From: Adineta vaga
Taxonomy: Eukaryota; Animalia; Rotifera
NCBI GenBank assembly: GCA_021613535.1
Contig: CP075494.1
Location: forward strand, 13,268,001 to 13,332,000
DNA length: 64,000 bases
Direction: 5' to 3'
Made by a program: the position numbers and the translations under genes
Shown: piece after piece, positions 29,386 to 44,600 of the stretch
Numbering within the stretch: the stretch's first letter is position 1
How the letters are laid out: the number at the start of each line of letters is the position of its first letter
The notes under the pieces: generated by a model
Databases searched by the model: none
What the model saw: only the letters and a program-made list of their open reading frames with translations
What the model was told of the DNA's origin: nothing

Positions 29386-31202
29386 TGAACAAATTTGTTT
29401 ATCATTTATATGACAGTATTGGACAGTGAGAGAATGTTTTAAACACATCTACATAAGAAAATAACTTTGTGTATAGTTCATTTTGTGTTGTGGTGATTGT
29501 ATCTGTATGTGCGCATGTATATGTATATCTTTGCTTATCTAGCAAGAAAAAAAAAGAAATAAAAGGTCATGTTAATCCATGCTTTGATTTCATTATATGA
29601 ACAGAAACAAAAAAAAAGTTCAACTGATGATGTAACGACATAACACAACAATTGATTGAATCTAAATAAACATTGTTGAGAATAAGAAAAGAGAATGATG
29701 TGGAAAAAGGTCAGCAATTAGAGATGTGACCCGTGACTTTTTTGTCTTATTCTAATTAAAAGAATTGTAATGTACCGTGCCGGATTTACACACTGTTTGA
29801 TGCCTTCAGGAGCATTACTTACTCAGTAGGTGACCGAAATGACACGTTTAAAAAGTGTGAACGGAAGACAACACATGCTCATTCAATTACACGCATATAT
29901 AAGATCATTCTTTTCTTTTTCTATTCCTGTTCATTCTAAAGTGATCAGAACTCAGCCGACAATGAAAATAATGATGAGTCAAATAACTTTAAAGAGATAA
30001 AATTCTCATGACTATTCATTGAACAATTTTTAATTAGAACAATGAGTTAAAGACACATACATACATACACATCTGCTTCATCATATTCTTTTTGATCTTA
30101 TTCACTGAATCTGTCATGGATGGCACTTTATGTGGAGAGGGGAGGATCCCAAGCATATATCCATATACATTGATATAGATAAAATTCATCATTGAAAGTT
30201 ATAGATATGCATTCAATCACTCGAGCGTAGAGCATTGCTTGGCTGACATTTGGTTCATTGTAAAGTGTCGCATACTAATTGACAGTCATTAGAGAAACAA
30301 GTATCCTGCTGTGTATATCGCTCTGAACATTTGTGACCTATTCACAGAGGTGTCAACTGTCCTTCGAACAAACAAATATATATCCATACAATTCCATCAA
30401 TTAGTAGTTCTTCTTCTTGATCAATATTTGATTCATCGAACCATTTATGAGAGTGATTTCTCAGCATGGTCATACCTTATTCTCGCGATATTTTCTATAG
30501 GTAAAATTTCAATAGAGAAGATCATTTTTCTCTCGTCATCATCTGGCTTCCGTACGTAAAGAAACGGAAAGATGACCATCGGCGATAACGAAGTACATAT
30601 GTGCATTTTTCTCTTCTAAAAGACTAGAAAAGTAGACAAGCAGATGGTGACTGACTTCATACTGATTTGTCGTGACAATGTCGAAGTTCGTTTGCTTTTT
30701 GTCAAATAACATCAAACAAGAACACGAAAAGAATTTTATTCTGTTAATTATTCAAAAAATGTCCATGCATTATTTTTAATGACCTTGAATTCATCTAATT
30801 GACTGTTGATTTCTTCGTCTTTTTTTTTTTGAAAAGTATAAACACAACGATAATCAATTAAATTTACCAGATGGGTTATTTTCTACTTTAATGAAAAGAT
30901 TGTGAAAACAGAAACGAACTTAAACAGTAAAAGGTCATCTGTAATATTCATTGAAAAAGAAATTTTGATCATTTAAAAACAATTTGTTAGAAAACATCAG
31001 AGCTGTCGACTTGTTTTTGTTCAATATAGATTATGATTGATTGAAAAGGTTAATATATAGCTGAACCGATTGAAGTCATCACAAGGTAGTTATATGATAA
31101 TCAACAATGAACGATCTCTTACATACAGCATGAAGTTTTCCTTTTTCAATAACAAAAACATCGTTTTATTTCTCATTTGTTTTTCGATACAAAAAACACA
31201 TA

Positions 31203-34057
<2,855 letters not shown>

Positions 34058-34240
34058 CTAAAACATTTGCAAACAGTGAAAACATACAATAACTGAAAGA
34101 TTACAGTTAATAGTTTCAATCGTACTGAAGAAAACAAAAAGAGAAATGCGGAAATAATCGTACAAAGAAAAGAAACTAAATTTGATTTTATCTATATAAA
34201 AAAATAAGGAAGATACTACGGATGTTGTTGTTCGTTCATG

Positions 34241-34642
34241 TTAAACATTAAATGATTCACCACAACCACATGTTCCTTTGATATTTGGATTATTAAAGAT
34301 GAATTCACTTGATAACTTATCCCGTACAAAATCCATTTCTGTTCCCAGTAATGATAATTGTGCTTTTGGATCAATTAATAATTTGACACCATCTTGAGAG
34401 ACTTCTTCATCCATCTTCTTCTTTTCATTTGCATAATCAAGTGTATATGAAAGACCATTACAACCACGTTGTCGAACACCAATACGTAGTCCAATGGCAT
34501 CAGGTTTAGCAGTTAAAATTTCTTTAACACGATGAACAGCTGATTCAGTGAGAGTTATGGCTGCACGAGTAGGGAGATTAGTTAAGCGTCTACCTCTATT
34601 AACAGCTCGAATAGAGCCCGAAACAAATGCTGATGCTGACAT
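34241..34642 (-). CDS. ISCA1: Mitochondrial Fe-S cluster assembly protein ISCA1 (intronless)
   Basis: N-terminus MSASAFVSGSIRAV..PTRAAITLT; RGCNGLSYTLDY; NPNIKGTCGCGESFNV. Confidence 0.96.
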   Translation of the reverse strand: MSASAFVSGSIRAVNRGRRLTNLPTRAAITLTESAVHRVKEILTAKPDAIGLRIGVRQRGCNGLSYTLDYANEKKKMDEEVSQDGVKLLIDPKAQLSLLGTEMDFVRDKLSSEFIFNNPNIKGTCGCGESFNV

Positions 34643-35043
34643 TATTTAATTGAAAATGATGTACCACAGGAACAACCTTGTTCAGCGTTTGGATTATTAA
34701 CAATACGAAAACTTGCTTTAATTAATTCTTCTTGATAATCAATGATTGAACCTTTCAATAGTTCTAATGAATCTTTATCGACGACGACTTGTACACCGTC
34801 ACGTTCAATGATAAGATCTTCCTCTTTAGTTGCTTCTTTATTTGATTCAACAGTAAATTTATACTGAAAACCAGAACAACCACCACCTTCAACGAAAACA
34901 CGAAGTTTTTCCGATGGATCTTTTAAAATTGCTTGAAGACGTCGAACACAGTTGTCACTTAGTTTTAATTCAGTTGTTATTGCTTTTGTCGTAAGAAATC
35001 GTTTGGTTAATGCGATGAATTGATATCGACCAAAGATGCTCAT
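34642..35043 (-). CDS. ISCA2: Mitochondrial Fe-S cluster assembly protein ISCA2 (intronless)
   Basis: Presequence-like MSIFGRYQFIALTKRFL (likely true start 35043); VEGGGCSGFQYKF; NPNAEQGCSCGTSFSIK*. Confidence 0.95.
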   Translation of the reverse strand: MSIFGRYQFIALTKRFLTTKAITTELKLSDNCVRRLQAILKDPSEKLRVFVEGGGCSGFQYKFTVESNKEATKEEDLIIERDGVQVVVDKDSLELLKGSIIDYQEELIKASFRIVNNPNAEQGCSCGTSFSIK

Positions 35044-35209
35044 CAAAAACAGAAAAAAGAGAAAACATATAATCTTATGTGTGTTCTTTGTTTTCTTGCT
35101 AAGAATATCTGTTTGACAAAGTATTAATAAAAATGAAACGATGAAATCGAACGAGACAAATAGAAAATGAAAACAACATTGAGAGAAAAGAAAGAAGAAA
35201 ACTTTATTG

Positions 35210-36029
35210 CTAGAATGATGAAGCATTTAATTCATTACGAATATTTGGATTACGCCAATCGTTGGAAATCGAATCTAAATGATTGTCAAAATCATTTATT
35301 TGACGATGTTGTTTACGTTTGACAAGATTCATAGCAGATAAACGACTTTCATCACCGACAATATGCCTAAAATGATATTTTAAGTTAGAAAATAAACATT
35401 TTAAGTTTAATTAAACTTACGAATCGTTAATATTTTTCCAAGTTTTGTCAGCCAATGCAAAAACATTATAAAATCGATCATTTTCAGTCAAATCCACAAG
35501 ACTATTGTCGATCTAAATAAAATTTTCGATATAAATAAATCACAATAAATAGAATCTATTCAATTTACCATAAATAACACAGCATTTGGATTGTTATCTT
35601 TGATTTTTTCCATTATTTTTAAAGCCGTAAAATTCGGACTAAAATAAACAAAATTAATCTAAAATTTCCTCAAAACCTTTTCTATTTACTTCGGATCAGA
35701 ATAATTTTCATTTGCATGATAATAACCCGCAATCATTAAATTTCGTGTTGAACAGTAAGCATCAATCTATATATTTTATCATATACAAAATGTTCTGTAT
35801 TTCTTATTTCAATTACCTGTGATAATGCAACTTCTAACATAGGTGATAAAGATAAAATACCATGGAATAATGGAATACAATCAACGAAATGAAGATATGA
35901 TGATGAATCAACATCATCATTTGTCGAACTTGTTCGTTCACTTAATAAAATACCATTGACAGCTAATTCAGGATATTTAGCTAGATGAAGAAACATTTTT
36001 GTAAATGCTAATGTATTGATTTCCGACAT
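35210..36029 (-). CDS. ER membrane complex subunit 8/9 (multi-exon)
   Basis: AFTKMFLHLAKYPELAVNGILL; DCIPLFH; PMLEVAL; IAGYYHANE; DFDNHLD..DWRN. AATAAA follows directly after the stop. Confidence 0.92.
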
Positions 36030-36349
36030 TTCTAGAAATAATCGAAAAGATTTCTAATAGGTGATGCAACGAGTACAGATCGATGCTCTTTGAATGAATG
36101 AATAAAAATGACATCGATCGATTCTGATAGGAGAAAACGATGAAAACCAATGGTATTTTCAATTCCTTCGTCATTTAATCAGCGACATCTACAATGATGT
36201 CATTAGAAGTCTACAGACTTTTGATACAACTAAATTTATTTTATATAATGAATTGACAAACAATAAAAGCGTTTTAGATACATGATTAAAAAAAAACGAG
36301 AAGCAATCCGGAATGTTAAGATTATGAGAATATTTCCATGTCCGTTTTT

Positions 36350-37083
36350 TTAAAGATCACGAATTTGCATTATGAGAGAAAATAATGCTTCACGAACGAT
36401 TTGATTTTTATAGAAATTTGCAAATGGTAATAATAGATACTAAAAATAAGTAAACGAAACGAAAAAAATAAGAAAAAGTTCTTTTTGAAATTTTACCTGA
36501 AAAAGAATACTTCGTCGTCGTGTATAAACACTCCATTCAATGCGAGTTGAATTCACATTTGATGAACTTTCTTTTAATTCAATTGAATTTGTTTCAAGTA
36601 ACCAAGAATCAACAGAATAGATAAATTGTTTCGGTCGATCATCTGTATGTATTATTAGATCAGATGAAACATCACCTAAACATAACCCATAAGAATTATA
36701 TTAGTTTGGAAAACTTAAAGTACGAACCGATCAAAGGCATTATAGTAATCAATTGATACTTTTCACCTTCATGATTATGCACACGTGATGGAACTAATTG
36801 AATATGTTCAACACGAGCAACATTTGGATACCACTAGAAAACATCATATTTCAATTCAAATCCAATTAAAAGCAAGCTTACATACCAATGAATATTTCTC
36901 AATATTGGTTAGAACTCGATATACATGTGTACGATCATGTTGAACAGTTGCAATTTTTGTAAACATCAACGTTTTTCTATCGTTTGATGATGAATTTGAA
37001 GGAATTTCATAATTGGAAAGTATAGCAATTAACACAACAATTAATGAAAGATATTTTAAATAACGTGGTAAAGTAGTTGCCAT
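36350..37083 (-). CDS. N-terminally anchored SRPBCC/polyketide-cyclase-like protein (4 exons)
   Basis: Spliced ORF MATTLPRYLKYLSLIVVLIAIL...HDRTHVYRVLTNIEKYSLWYPNVARVE...TRIEWSVY...IVREALFSLIMQIRDL*. The pattern resembles the START/SRPBCC fold; the fold call is an inference. Confidence 0.6.
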
Positions 37084-37381
37084 TGCGTCTATTCGTAGAA
37101 AATATTGATTATGCAAAAACAATGTTACTTCTCGATTAGATCTCGAATATATATGATATATTTCTTTTTCTTTTCTCAGAAAAAAAATCAATTTCCCTGT
37201 GGACTTGTATAAAAACCAATGGAACAAAGAAATGAAGTTTTTCATAAACAGATGGCATTGAACTCTTTTTCTATGGAAAAAGAGAGACATCTTTGTTCGC
37301 AATATTATAAGACGAAAAATACACGTCATTTATCAAAAGTATTAAAAACACACACACACACATATAAATTATAAATATTCG

Positions 37382-38341
37382 TTACAAATTAGCCGTTCGT
37401 TCATGAATGATCTTTTCTGTCCATTTCCAAAATGTATCAAGATCATCATCATTCCATTTATCGGCTAGATTAGTAACAGTTGAATTATCAAAATATCGTC
37501 CATTTTCATTTTCTAATCCAGGTTTTAATGCACAAAATACAGTCGTAGCTGCACCTTGTTCAGCTGTTTTCTTTCGAACTAACATTTTTAAAACACCTTG
37601 TAATGGTAGATTTGAAGTGAGATTTGTATCAATAATACCAGGATGAAGTGAATAAGCAGTAATTTGCTGATCTCTATAACGTTTAGCAAGTGCACGAGCA
37701 AATAAAATATTTGCTAGTTTACTTTGTTGATAACTTCTCAACATACTCCAACCTTTACTAGGATTTTTTACGGCACTACTCATATTTTCTAATGCTGGAT
37801 AATTCAAAGGTGGACCAGAATGTAATTCAGATGAGACTATAACAATTCTTGATGGCGCATTCGTAATCAATATTGGCATTAATAATTGTGTTAAATAAGC
37901 ATGACCAATATGATTTACTCCCATAACTTGCTCAAGACCATCAACAGTTTGAGCAAAATTAAAATTTAATATTCCAGCATTGAGTATTAAAATATTCAAT
38001 GGCATTTTATCTTGAATGAATTTTTCGGCAAACTTTTTTATACTCGCTAAACTATTTAAATCACAAAGTACACCTTGAACAGATCCACCTGTTGTTGCTT
38101 GTTGTAAATCTTTGTTAATATTTGCTATGACTTCTTGAAGCTTTGTTTCACTTCTACCCATAAGATAAACTTTGCCTCCAGCAAGTGCTAATGCTCGACC
38201 AGTTTCAATGCCAATACCAGATGTTGCACCTGTAACAAGAATATTTGATTGTTTGACTTTACTTTCGTCACCACATTCACGAATGATATCTTGTGCAGTC
38301 ATATTACGACGAGAAACTGTATGTGAACTATTGGAACCCAT
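37382..38341 (-). CDS. Short-chain dehydrogenase/reductase (retinol-DH/WWOX-like), intronless
   Basis: TGATSGIG, LNAG, VNHIGH, YQQSK (YxxxK), SLHPGII, EQGAAT; MGSNSS is a possible myristoylation start. Confidence 0.95.
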   Translation of the reverse strand: MGSNSSHTVSRRNMTAQDIIRECGDESKVKQSNILVTGATSGIGIETGRALALAGGKVYLMGRSETKLQEVIANINKDLQQATTGGSVQGVLCDLNSLASIKKFAEKFIQDKMPLNILILNAGILNFNFAQTVDGLEQVMGVNHIGHAYLTQLLMPILITNAPSRIVIVSSELHSGPPLNYPALENMSSAVKNPSKGWSMLRSYQQSKLANILFARALAKRYRDQQITAYSLHPGIIDTNLTSNLPLQGVLKMLVRKKTAEQGAATTVFCALKPGLENENGRYFDNSTVTNLADKWNDDDLDTFWKWTEKIIHERTANL

Positions 38342-39439
38342 GTCGAATTTTCTGATCTAGAAGTGAAACGTAACAAAATATAAGTTAAATTGTTTGCTGT
38401 ATTACAATGAAAAGAAATTGAGAAGAGCAAGATATGCGAAAAGAAATATACAGCGTTTTATATCATCGACATTTTGCTTTATCAGTATGGCAATGCATAA
38501 AATTTGAAAGAACGCAAAAGAGAAAAAGTAACTATCATAAACCTACTGTATTAGTCATTTTCTGTTGTGCATGAAATCGCATGCTTTAGCCGTACGTAAT
38601 GTACTTGAATGTATGTAGGGTACGACATTTTGCAGAAAGAGATAATATATTACACTCTAAAATGCTGAATCATTTCATATAGATGAAATTGAAAAACGTT
38701 TCAGTGAACTAACTGTAATGCAACTTACAGTTAAAAAAGACGAAGGGTATGATCAATATCAATTCCTAGCAATGCAATTATTTTTAATGAGTTTAAAGTA
38801 TTAAGCATTGGAAGAGCTATGATATGAATCGTTTTTATAGCTTGAAAAGACCAAAGTGAAGTATGTAGATACATAAATACTCTTGGTGATTATGTTCTTT
38901 CACTGGACAGTACTTCATTCTACATGACATATCAGTGTTAAAATAATGAGTACATATATTTAGTTTTGTAGTAATGTTTAAGATCATGTTTCTTATAAAT
39001 ATCTACATACTTGTTGAAATATTAATATAACAAACATACTTAAACATTTCTATACTATTGTTTTATTCTCTTTCTTTTATGTAGGTTACATATGCAAACC
39101 ATTTTTACTATTCTTATCTCAAACATACTAATCCTTGTTTTTCTAACTATGCTACTTGAATTATCATCATAATATTAATATATGTTGAAATATTTGTGAC
39201 AGATTTGTAGTGACATTAGTCTACATGGTAAATCTTCGTAACTAAGTAACACATTTCTGCAAGTTTTATTTCTCAATATTTTTTTCATCCTATTTCTTCC
39301 TACGCTTTCCTGTTGACGTCATATGGAAATGTCGATGTTTTTCTTCCTATTCTATTCTTATACTAGAAAATTATTCTTTCGTATTTTCTGTGGAGATAGT
39401 TCTTTTCAGAAAATAAAACAAAAAAAAAGAAACTCTTCG

Positions 39440-40456
39440 ATGGCTATAAATACAGATTTTTGTTCATCAAATTCCGATACAACATCTCATTGTACAGCTT
39501 GTTTCTATGGACCAAACTGTCAGTTTACTACAGCATATTATAGTATTACATCTTTAGAAATTCTTTTCTGTTCCATTGAATCGATTCCAACGAGTGTAAT
39601 ACTTAGTATTCTCTTTCTTGGTAGTCTATGTAATGTGTTTTCTATTGCGACGTTCTGTCAATCAAACACACGAGAAATTGGCAGTGGAATATATCGTTTA
39701 TGGATGTCAATTATTGGTCAAATTGGTTTAATGATTGTTGTTAGTCATTTACTTTTTGAGAAAAATCAACTAATTGCATGTTATCTTTTCGAATACCTTC
39801 GGAAAGCTTTTCATGCTCTATATGATTCATTAACAGCATGTATAGCATTAGAACGAACGATGGTAATTTATCAAGGGATTACATTTAATAAAATTGGAAG
39901 TCGACGAATAGCAAAATTAGTAATACCAATCCTGTTTTTATATCATTTTATTAGTGTTCTTTATGAACCATTTTTTCGGCAAATAGTCGATACATCGAAT
40001 CGATCTTGGTGTACATTAAAATCTTATCATTATTCACTTTTGAATTATGAAAGTACAAGAAATATATTTCATTTTATAATTCCTTATATGATTAATTTAT
40101 TATTTCCAATTCTATGGATATTTACATTGACAAAACAAAAATGTACATTATATCAAAATGTCTCAACTTGGATTAATTTACAAAATGTTTTATATACTTA
40201 TAAACATACGATTATCAGTTCTTATATTCTCGTTCTTCTTAATACACCTCGTTTTATTCTTACATTCTCATTAACTTGTATTGAACACAAATGGCAAAAT
40301 ACAGCCTATATAACAGCATATCTTCTTTCATTAATTCCAATGATGATGAATCTTTTTATCTTCGTATTACCATCTCCAAAATATCGACCTGTATTTATCG
40401 GTCTTCTTCAACGTCTTGTTCGATATAGACATCGAAATGAATATGATCGTGCATAA
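39440..40456 (+). CDS. Rhodopsin-like GPCR with a short Cys-rich (EGF-tail) N-terminus, intronless
   Basis: CFYGPNCQFTT followed by about seven hydrophobic segments; ACIALER (DRY variant); FVLPSPKY. Confidence 0.8.
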   Translation: MAINTDFCSSNSDTTSHCTACFYGPNCQFTTAYYSITSLEILFCSIESIPTSVILSILFLGSLCNVFSIATFCQSNTREIGSGIYRLWMSIIGQIGLMIVVSHLLFEKNQLIACYLFEYLRKAFHALYDSLTACIALERTMVIYQGITFNKIGSRRIAKLVIPILFLYHFISVLYEPFFRQIVDTSNRSWCTLKSYHYSLLNYESTRNIFHFIIPYMINLLFPILWIFTLTKQKCTLYQNVSTWINLQNVLYTYKHTIISSYILVLLNTPRFILTFSLTCIEHKWQNTAYITAYLLSLIPMMMNLFIFVLPSPKYRPVFIGLLQRLVRYRHRNEYDRA

Positions 40457-41600
40457 ATACAATTTATACACATTGTTTAATACTGTTGTTTCAATATAGA
40501 AGAAGAAAATCGGATAGAATCGATGAATCCTGAAGTTGAATTATTAACAAATCAAGTTTTTATCGTCTTCGCAGAACTAATAAAATACGAATGTTTGTTA
40601 TATGATTTGATCTAGTCTAAACAACTTACAATAATGTAAAGATATAAGTAATTGAAATAGAACAGAAAGAAATATCGTCATAAAACAGATGATATAGATG
40701 TGCCGAGTCAAAAGAATGCTTTGGTAACTTCATCAATTTCAGTTGTCCCATTGAATTGCTTATTTATTTAACTTATCAATTGAAAATCTACAAGTTTCCA
40801 ATTTGTATGTCATCCTTCCCCTTAATGTAAGATGCGCACTTATCACAGTTATACGCATGAAATTTCATACTTCGAAATGCATCTCATTTAAAATGTTAAT
40901 TTTGACCTCTGGAAGTACCTAAAACCAACTTGGAGGTCTCGAGAAAAGTATCTTTGCATCTTTTACGAATACTTTGATATAAAATCAAGTGAAAAGAAAA
41001 TCGACTTTTTCTCGTTTTGATTTCGACTATGCGAAAGAAAAATAAACATATTTTGTATGGCAGATTTAACTGTTCTTATCTATATCTTTAGATTTTTTAT
41101 GAACATTATTTACTAAAATAACTAAAGTCGATAAATTAGCTCGATATGCAACGCCATCTACATCGAATTTGGATATTTGTCCGTGAAGTTCTATGGCCTG
41201 GAAGCCAGATTGATCTATCGACGATGTTTTCCTACTCATAATAATTATCGTTTTGTTAAATTTTAAATCATTTCAAACAATTCTTTGTTGTAGAAAATGT
41301 ACTTAAATGAACCCTCTACTCCCTGACATTGACTAAGCATTGTACCATACATGTCCAGAAAAGATTTTCGTCGATAAATAGTCAATGCTACGATAAACTT
41401 ATCAATGACAGATAATTAAATAAATAAACTTTGTTTATTTTCATCGTCCTTCATTTTTTTTAGATATCCGATCGATTATTTTTATCTTTTATCTTTGAAT
41501 CGAATCTTCATCGGCAAAAAAGATATTTTTATCTGTGTGCCCAATATCATATTATATGTACGAATTAATAATCAACTGAAAAGAAGAAAAAGAAAACAAA

Positions 41601-44600
41601 ATGCCAATTTCAAAAATAAAACATGCTGCAAAATCATTGAGAACGTTTCAAGGTATTAATTTTGAATCTTGTTTGGATAATGGTGAAACTGCAGAACAGA
41701 TGAATAAATGGCTCCTAGAAGTATCATGGGAAGTCGCTAATAAAGGTAAACAAATTATTCGCATTGATTGTTTATCGAATGAATTCATTTAGTTGGTGGA
41801 ATCTATACGGTTATTCGTTCAAAAGTACCAATAACGAAAAAAGAATATGGAAATAATTATATATGTATGGGTCCATATAATGACTCATTTGTTAAAACTG
41901 AAGTTGAAGTTGGTGAATCAAAAATTGAAGCAATACGAGAAACAGTTAATGAGATGAAACGTTATGGTGTTCATGTAAATTGAACGAAATCGATTTAATT
42001 AAAACTTGAAATGATTCTTATAGGTTGTTACAGGCAATTGGTTAATTGAAGGTTTTCCACAAGTTGTTCTCTTTGACATCGGTTCAGCTGCACATCGATT
42101 AGATGGATGGAAAGGTGATTTTTTCGAAAATGCTCATATTGGAATTCCATACCATGATCGAGAATCGAATGATGCATTAATTTTTGGTTTTTGTGTTTTT
42201 TGGTTTATTGGAACAGTGAGTTGAATGATGAAATATATTGTTTCATGTACTATGAAATATTTTTATAGTTTATTGAACATGTTAAACGAATCAAAAAGTG
42301 TTATGTCATTGCTCATTTTCATGAATGGTTAGCAGGTGTTGGTCTAGTGATGACACGACTTCGTGGTTATGATTGTTCATTGATATTTACAACTCATGCA
42401 ACACTTTTGGGACGATATTTATGTGCTGGTTCAACTGATTTTTATAATCATTTAAGTTGGGTAAGAATCTTTGTTTTATAAGACAATGTCGAATTGAACT
42501 TTGTTTTGTTTTTATAGTTCGATCTAGATAAAGAAGCTGGTGATCGACAAATCTATCATCGATATTGTATCGAAAGAGCTGCTGCTTCTTGTGCGCATGT
42601 TTTTACAACAGTTTCAAAAATAACTGGCATCGAATCGGAATATTTATTAAATAGAAAACCTGGTAAAGAAAATCTTTTTCTGTTTATATTATGTTCATTT
42701 TGCTCTACATATGATTTTTAATTTTTTGCTCTCAGATATATTGACGCCCAATGGGCTTAATGTTCAAACATTTGCTGCTTTGCATGAATTTCAAAATATT
42801 CATGCTCAAAATAAAGAAAAATTGAATGCATTCATACGCGGACATTTCTACGGGTAATATTTGTTTTTCCATAGATCTTTTAACACCCAATGGTTTAAAT
42901 ATTCAATTATATCGACGTAAATCACGTTCGATGTGGACAGTAGATCCAATGCTTGTATCACAAGAAAGAATAACAAATTTTGTACAAGGACATTTTCTAG
43001 GGTAGAGTACTATTAACGACAAAATGTATTGATTTTGCAATAGAACTTCTTATTTCTTTCTTTCTTGTCTCGTCTTGTCTCGTCTCCTTTTCCTTCTACA
43101 AATTTTATTCATTTAGACATTATGATTTCGATTTGGATAAGACTCTATACTTCTTCATTGCTGGACGATATGAATTTACGAATAAAGGTGCGGATATGTT
43201 CATTGAATCACTAGCTCGATTAAATCATATGCTTAAAGTATGAGAACATCTATTCTTCAATCATTGTTACATGATTTATTCTTTTGCAGTCATCTGGTTC
43301 TGATGTGACCATCGTTGCATTTATGATCTTTCCGACATCAACAAATAATTTCAATATCGAATCATTAAGAGGACAATCAGTTGCTAAAATGCTTCGTGAT
43401 ACTGTACAAAATGTCCAAAGTGAAATTGGCAAACGACTTTATGAAATTTGTCTCAGGTAAAAAATTGTTGTTCACTGGAATAAACACCGATTTTTTCGAA
43501 ATAATAAAGAACGATCAATGATTAGTATTTGAGTTTTCAAGTGAATTATTATATTATTTGAAAAGAATACTGACATTCTTTTGAATGCAATCCTCTGATT
43601 CATCGAAAACAAAACATAGTTATATTTAGTAACAGACACGTGAAAGAATAGAACAAGGAGTAAAAAACGACTAACTGATAGGTATATCTAGAGAATGCAT
43701 ATTGTGTAAAATACCTAATCTATATGGTTAGTCTGTTTTTCATTTCAGAGGTCGACTTCCAACGCCAGACCAGATATTACATCCGAGTGATTTAATTGAA
43801 TTGAAAAAATGTATCTATGCTTCACAAGTATATTATTTTTCTCTGCGTATTTCTTCTTATTCTTCCTTTATGTGGTTTCTTTTTCTTAGCGATCAAACTT
43901 GCCACCAATATGTACACATAATGTAACTAATGATTCAACAGATCCTATATTGAATGCACTACGTCGTTGTCAATTATTTAATGGACGATATGATCGTGTT
44001 AAAGTTATATTTCATCCGGAATTTTTACGTTCAACAAGTCCATTATTACCAATGGATTATGAAGAATTTGTTCGCGGTTGTCATCTAGGTGTTTTTCCGT
44101 CTTATTATGAACCATGGGGTTATACACCAGCTGAATGTACCGTTATGGGAGTACCAAATATCTCTACAAATCTAAGTGGATTTGGTTGTTTTATGGAAGA
44201 ACATGTTCAACAAGCTGAAACATACGGTATTTATGTTGTTGATAGAAGATATAAAAGCGCAGAAGAATCTTGCCAACAGCTAGCTCAAGTAAATAGAGAA
44301 ATTTCTTTACTATTCCAGACTATTTTTAAAATTCTGATTTTGGTTTCATTTTTTAGTACATGTTCGATTTTTCACAACTTACTCGACGACAACGTATTAT
44401 TCTACGTAATCGTACTGAACGATTAAGTGAACTATTAGATTGGAATACATTGGGCATTGTAAGTCCATAAGTATATTAAGTGAGAATAATTTGAATGTAA
44501 TCACATTTATAGTATTATTATCGGGCTCGACAAATGGCTTTACAACGTACTCATCCCGAATTTGAAGAAGAAGCACTTCACTTTGTATGAATATTCTTTT

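Noticed and set aside
35044-35226. N-terminal 61 aa of the 194-aa ORF containing ISCA2
   Set aside because: Phe/Leu-rich translation of T-rich intergenic DNA that overlaps the EMC8/9 stop. The likely start is Met at 35043.
37407-38360. Antisense ORFs over the SDR (and similar ones over DGK, DLC and ISCA-region genes)
   Set aside because: Shadow frames of real coding sequence.
42854-42874. 21-nt GT..AG segment as a true micro-intron joining both GYS exons
   Set aside because: Joining exons A and B shifts the frame, and the segment is far shorter than other introns here. It is better explained as a spacer enforcing mutual exclusion.
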